From Steroidobacteraceae bacterium (lineage in GTDB: Bacteria > Pseudomonadota > Gammaproteobacteria > Steroidobacterales > Steroidobacteraceae), in NCBI GenBank assembly GCA_022865595.1, contig JALHTE010000370.1, forward strand, positions 2,657-66,656: DNA of 64,000 nucleotides, written 5' to 3'. A program made the translations under genes and the position numbers. Positions 60,253 to 64,000 of this stretch are shown here, piece by piece. The notes below the pieces were generated by a model. It was not told where the DNA came from. It did not search any database and worked only from the letters and a program-made list of their open reading frames with translations. How positions within the stretch are numbered: the stretch's first letter is position 1; every line of letters begins with the position of its first letter.

Positions 60253-62151
60253 ATGCTGCAGCAGATTCGCGACAAGATTTCGGGCTGGTTCGCCTGGGTA
60301 TTCCTCGGCGCCATCGCCGTGGTGTTCGTCTTCTGGGGAATCCGTTTCGAGTCGGGACCGATGGCGGCTGCCGCCAAGGTGAACGGCGAAAGCATCCCGG
60401 TCGAGCAGGTACGCCGTGCCTGGCAGCAACGCCAGACCGAGCTGCAGCAGGCTACCCGCGACGAACTGCCCGCGGCGCTCGTCAACGCGGAGCAGACGAA
60501 ACTGCTGAACGAGTTCATCGATCGCGAGGTGCTGATCCAGCACGCGACAAAGATGGGCTATCGCGTCAGCGACCTGGTCATCGCCCGCGAGATCGAGGCG
60601 ATACCGGCGCTGCAGGTGGATGGGAAATTCTCGCGCGATCGCTACGCCGCGCTGCTGGCTGCACAGGGCCGCAGCGAGACGCAGTTCGAACAGGATTTCC
60701 GGCGCGACGTCCAGATCGCGCAGCTGCGCAACGGCATTGCCATCTCGTCGTTTGCAACGCCGGGCGAGCTCGGTCGGCGCCTGGCGCTCGAGGGCGAGAC
60801 GCGCGACATCGACTACTTCACGATTGCGGCGGCGTCGTTCGCGGAGCAGGTCGCCGTGTCATCGGGTGAGGTGCAGGCCTATTACGACGCGAACAAGGCG
60901 AGCTTCGTGACGCCGGAGACCGTGTCCCTGCAGTACGTCTCGATCAAGGCGGCTGATGTCGCGGCGACGGTCGAGGTCACCGATGAGGCGCTGCACGAGT
61001 ACTACGACCAGGTCGCGCAGGAGCGCTACCAGGACCCGGAGCGACGCCGGGCCCGGCACATGCTCATCGAGGCAGGCGCGGATGACGCGGCGGCAAGGAG
61101 CAAGGCCGACGAGGTGCTGGCGAAGGCGAAGGCCGGCGAGGACTTCGGCAAGCTCGCCAGCGAGTATTCCGACGACCCGGGCTCGAAGGCCCAGGGCGGC
61201 GAACTCGGCTGGGCGACCCGGCAGAGCTTCGTGCAGCCGTTTGCGGACGCGCTGTTCGCCATGCAGGTGGGCGAGATCAGCGACCCGGTGAAGACACAGT
61301 TCGGCTACCACGTGATCCAGCTCGAGGAAGTCCAGCCGGCGCGGCAGCGCAGCTTCGACGAGGTGCGCGCCGAGCTCGAGGCCGAGTACCGCGCCGAGCA
61401 GGCGCAGTCGCAGTTCTACGAGAAATCGCAGTCGCTTGCCGACGACGCATTCGCCTCGCTGACCGAACTCGAAAGCGTCGCGCAGCAGCACGGGCTGACG
61501 CTCGAGACTGTCGCGGTCTTCACCCGCCAGGGCGGAGGGTCGTTCGACGGCAATCGCAAGGTCATTGATGCCGTGTTCAGCGACGAGGTGCTGCAGGAGC
61601 GCCAGAACAGCCCGGCCATCAACGTCACCGACGACGAGGTGGCCGTGTTCAGGGTCACCGACCACAAGCCGGCGGCGCCGCGTCCGCTCGAAGAAGTGCG
61701 CACCGAGATCGAGGCCGCGCTGCGGGAGCAGGGCGCACGCAAGGCGGCCGAGGCCGCGGCAATGGCCGAAGCGGACAGGATCAACAGCGGAGCGGCTTTC
61801 GCCGAGGTTGCGGGTTCGGCAGGCGCCACGCCGGTCGGGGCCACTACCGTGGGCAGGACCGCCGAGGGCGTGCCGGCCCCGCTGCTGAAGGCGGTATTTG
61901 CTGCAGGTCGCCCGGCCCCGGGCAAGGCTATCGGCGGGACCGCGGTGCTTGCTGGCGGCGATGTTGCCGTATTCGTGGTGAACGCGGTGCGCGCCGGCAC
62001 GGCGCCCATGGGCTCGGACGCCGCCGTGCAGCTTTCCCAGGTCATGGACAAGGCGGCCGGCATGGCGGCCAGGGCCGATTACACCGCGTACGTGAAAGAA
62101 CTCGATCGCACGGCGAAGATCAAGGTCAGCGACCAGGTGTTCGCCGAGTAA
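60253..62151 (+). CDS. ppiD: Periplasmic chaperone / peptidyl-prolyl isomerase PpiD
   Basis: The protein has an N-terminal anchor (MLQQIRDKISGWFAWVFLGAIAVVF) and a parvulin domain (RRARHMLI...FGYHVIQLE). It follows hupB and the tRNAs, as in enterics and pseudomonads. Confidence 0.88.
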   Translation: MLQQIRDKISGWFAWVFLGAIAVVFVFWGIRFESGPMAAAAKVNGESIPVEQVRRAWQQRQTELQQATRDELPAALVNAEQTKLLNEFIDREVLIQHATKMGYRVSDLVIAREIEAIPALQVDGKFSRDRYAALLAAQGRSETQFEQDFRRDVQIAQLRNGIAISSFATPGELGRRLALEGETRDIDYFTIAAASFAEQVAVSSGEVQAYYDANKASFVTPETVSLQYVSIKAADVAATVEVTDEALHEYYDQVAQERYQDPERRRARHMLIEAGADDAAARSKADEVLAKAKAGEDFGKLASEYSDDPGSKAQGGELGWATRQSFVQPFADALFAMQVGEISDPVKTQFGYHVIQLEEVQPARQRSFDEVRAELEAEYRAEQAQSQFYEKSQSLADDAFASLTELESVAQQHGLTLETVAVFTRQGGGSFDGNRKVIDAVFSDEVLQERQNSPAINVTDDEVAVFRVTDHKPAAPRPLEEVRTEIEAALREQGARKAAEAAAMAEADRINSGAAFAEVAGSAGATPVGATTVGRTAEGVPAPLLKAVFAAGRPAPGKAIGGTAVLAGGDVAVFVVNAVRAGTAPMGSDAAVQLSQVMDKAAGMAARADYTAYVKELDRTAKIKVSDQVFAE

Positions 62152-62154
62152 GCC

Positions 62155-62943
62155 TCAGTCTTCCGGAAACGACATGCCGACGTGGCTGTACCCGGCATCC
62201 ACGTACAGCACTTCGCCGGTGATCCCCGCGGCGAGGTCCGAGCACAGGAACGCCGCTGCATTGCCGACGTCGTCGATGGTCACGTTGCGCCTGAGCGGCG
62301 TGGCCGCGGCAACGAGGCCCAGCATCTTGCGGAAGCCGCCCACGCCTGCCGCCGCGAGCGTCTTGATCGGCCCCGCGGAGATCGCGTTGACCCGGATGCC
62401 CTGCGGCCCGAGGTCCGCCGCCAGGAAGCGCATGTTGGATTCGAGGCTGGCCTTCGCGACGCCCATGACGTTGTAGTTCGGGATCGAGCGCACCGCGCCC
62501 AGGTAGCTCATCGTCACGATCGCGCCCGGGCGCCCCAGCATCATCGGCCGCGCGACTTTGGCCAGCGCAGCCAGGCTGTAGCTCGAGATGTCGTGCGCGA
62601 CCTGGAAGCCTTCACGGGTGACGCTGTCGAGGTAGCCGCCGGCGAGCTGTTCCCGCGGCGCAAACGCCACCGAATGCACCAGCACGTCGAGCGAGTCCCA
62701 GGATTCGCGCAGCTTCGCGAATGCAGCGTCGATTTCAGCGTCGCTGGCAACGTCCATCGGCAGCACCAGGCTGGAGCCGAACTCGGTGGCCATCGCCACC
62801 ACGCGATCCTTGAGGCGGTCGTTCTGGTAGGTGAAAGCGAGTTCGGCACCTTCGCGCCGCATGGCCGCCGCGATGCCGTAGGCGATGGAACGCTCGGTCG
62901 CGAGGCCGACGATCAGGGCGCGCTTGCCGGAAAGGAATGCCAC
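62155..62943 (-). CDS. fabI: Enoyl-ACP reductase (NADH) FabI
   Basis: From the GTG start, [25 protein letters not shown]... The catalytic region is [23 protein letters not shown]. The protein is 262 aa. Confidence 0.92.
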   Translation of the reverse strand: MAFLSGKRALIVGLATERSIAYGIAAAMRREGAELAFTYQNDRLKDRVVAMATEFGSSLVLPMDVASDAEIDAAFAKLRESWDSLDVLVHSVAFAPREQLAGGYLDSVTREGFQVAHDISSYSLAALAKVARPMMLGRPGAIVTMSYLGAVRSIPNYNVMGVAKASLESNMRFLAADLGPQGIRVNAISAGPIKTLAAAGVGGFRKMLGLVAAATPLRRNVTIDDVGNAAAFLCSDLAAGITGEVLYVDAGYSHVGMSFPED

Positions 62944-62947
62944 CGGG

Positions 62948-64000
62948 TCAACCTCCGTCGACCCGTTTCGGGTCACTGTAGACGACCAGACGCTGGCCGG
63001 CGCGAATCGTCGAGGACTGGCGCAGTCCATTCCAGGTCGTGAGCTGGCGCACCGACACGTTGAACTTGCCCGCGATTTCCGAGAGCGTGTCGCCGCGACG
63101 CACCTGGTAGGTCATGCGGGTGGCCTCGGCGGAACCCGTTGACGAGGCGCGCGATCCGCCGGGAATCTTCAGGCGGGCGCCCGCCGTGAGCGGGCTTTTC
63201 GAGTCCATGCCATTTTCCGCGGCGAGCGCAGGAACGGTGACTCCGTAGCGACGCGCGATTCCCCACAGCGTGTCGCCCGACTTGACCAGGTGCACACCCG
63301 AGGAGCGCTGCGGAGCGGCCTTCTGGCGCTCGGGCAACTGCGCAGCAATCTCCTCGCGCGGCGCGGCAGCGGCGAACGTTGCGCTCGCGGGCCCGACGCC
63401 CGGGACCTGCAAGGTGTCTCCCGGGTGGATGGTCGCGTCCGAGAGGCCGTTCGCTTCCAGCAGCTGGCCGGCCGAGATGTCGTAGCGGCGTGCAATGGCG
63501 CTGATTGTGTCGCCACGCTTGACCTGGTGGGTCGTCGTCTGCGGCGGTGCGACAGCAGCGGCGGCGAGCTGCGCCGCGCCGGCGTCCGTGAGCATTGCCA
63601 CGCGGAACGGCTCGACTGACTGCACCGGCAGCAGCAGCCTGTAAGGGCCATCCGGAGGCGTTGTCATGCGATTGAATGCCGGATTCAGCGCGAACATGTC
63701 GTCCCGCGAGATACCGGCGAGCGTGGCCGCCTCGCCGAGGTCGATCTGGCGGCCCGGGTCTACGACACCGAAGTAAGGCTGGTTCGCGATCGGCTCGAAT
63801 TGCAGGCCGAAGGCGGCTGGGTTGCCGACGATGCGACGGATCGCCAGCAGCTTCGGCACGTAGTCGCGGGTCTCGGCCCGCAGCTGGAGGCTGAAGAAGT
63901 CGGTCGGCCGTCCGGCCGTGGTGTTGCGCCGGATCGCGGTCTTCACCGTGCCTTCGCCGCCGTTGTAGGCAGCGATTGCCAGGTACCAGTCGCCATCGAA
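62948..64000 (-). CDS. mltD: Membrane-bound lytic murein transglycosylase D-like (SLT domain plus three LysM repeats), N-terminus outside the window
   Basis: The reverse translation at the window end reads [26 protein letters not shown], an SLT motif. Three LysM-like repeats follow ([48 protein letters not shown]). Confidence 0.85.
   Translation of the reverse strand, partial: FDGDWYLAIAAYNGGEGTVKTAIRRNTTAGRPTDFFSLQLRAETRDYVPKLLAIRRIVGNPAAFGLQFEPIANQPYFGVVDPGRQIDLGEAATLAGISRDDMFALNPAFNRMTTPPDGPYRLLLPVQSVEPFRVAMLTDAGAAQLAAAAVAPPQTTTHQVKRGDTISAIARRYDISAGQLLEANGLSDATIHPGDTLQVPGVGPASATFAAAAPREEIAAQLPERQKAAPQRSSGVHLVKSGDTLWGIARRYGVTVPALAAENGMDSKSPLTAGARLKIPGGSRASSTGSAEATRMTYQVRRGDTLSEIAGKFNVSVRQLTTWNGLRQSSTIRAGQRLVVYSDPKRVDGG

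Overview
GC-rich proteobacterial chromosome segment. Gene order looks gammaproteobacterial: fimV-truA-accD-folC-dedD-cvpA-purF, and tig-clpP-clpX-lon-hupB-tRNA-ppiD. It is almost entirely densely packed housekeeping genes: the riboflavin operon, nusB/thiL, xseB-ispA-dxs, parE/parC, efp/epmA, aminoacyl-tRNA synthetases, the Clp/Lon proteases and seven tRNA genes. I saw no transposase, integrase, CRISPR array, phage genes or recognisable defence system. These items merit a second look. (1) A conserved, highly structured intergenic repeat of about 60 nt is present in five copies, and each full copy sits inside a different self-complementary flank. (2) Two genes are interrupted by in-frame TAG codons: the essential parC and an atypical glutamine-amidotransferase-like gene. 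Both TAGs lie in a CTAGG context, one C-to-T transition away from CCAGG/CAG. (3) A rubrerythrin / HdrD-GlpC-like Fe-S protein / DUF3501 cluster has no assigned function. (4) Two eukaryotic-type Ser/Thr kinases carry unusual sensor fusions, one a cNMP-binding domain and one a receiver-like domain. (5) A roughly 2.9-kb low-GC three-gene islet has no mobility genes. (6) A 6.6-kb accessory segment is bracketed by tRNA genes. Most long antisense ORFs in the supplied track are high-GC artefacts.
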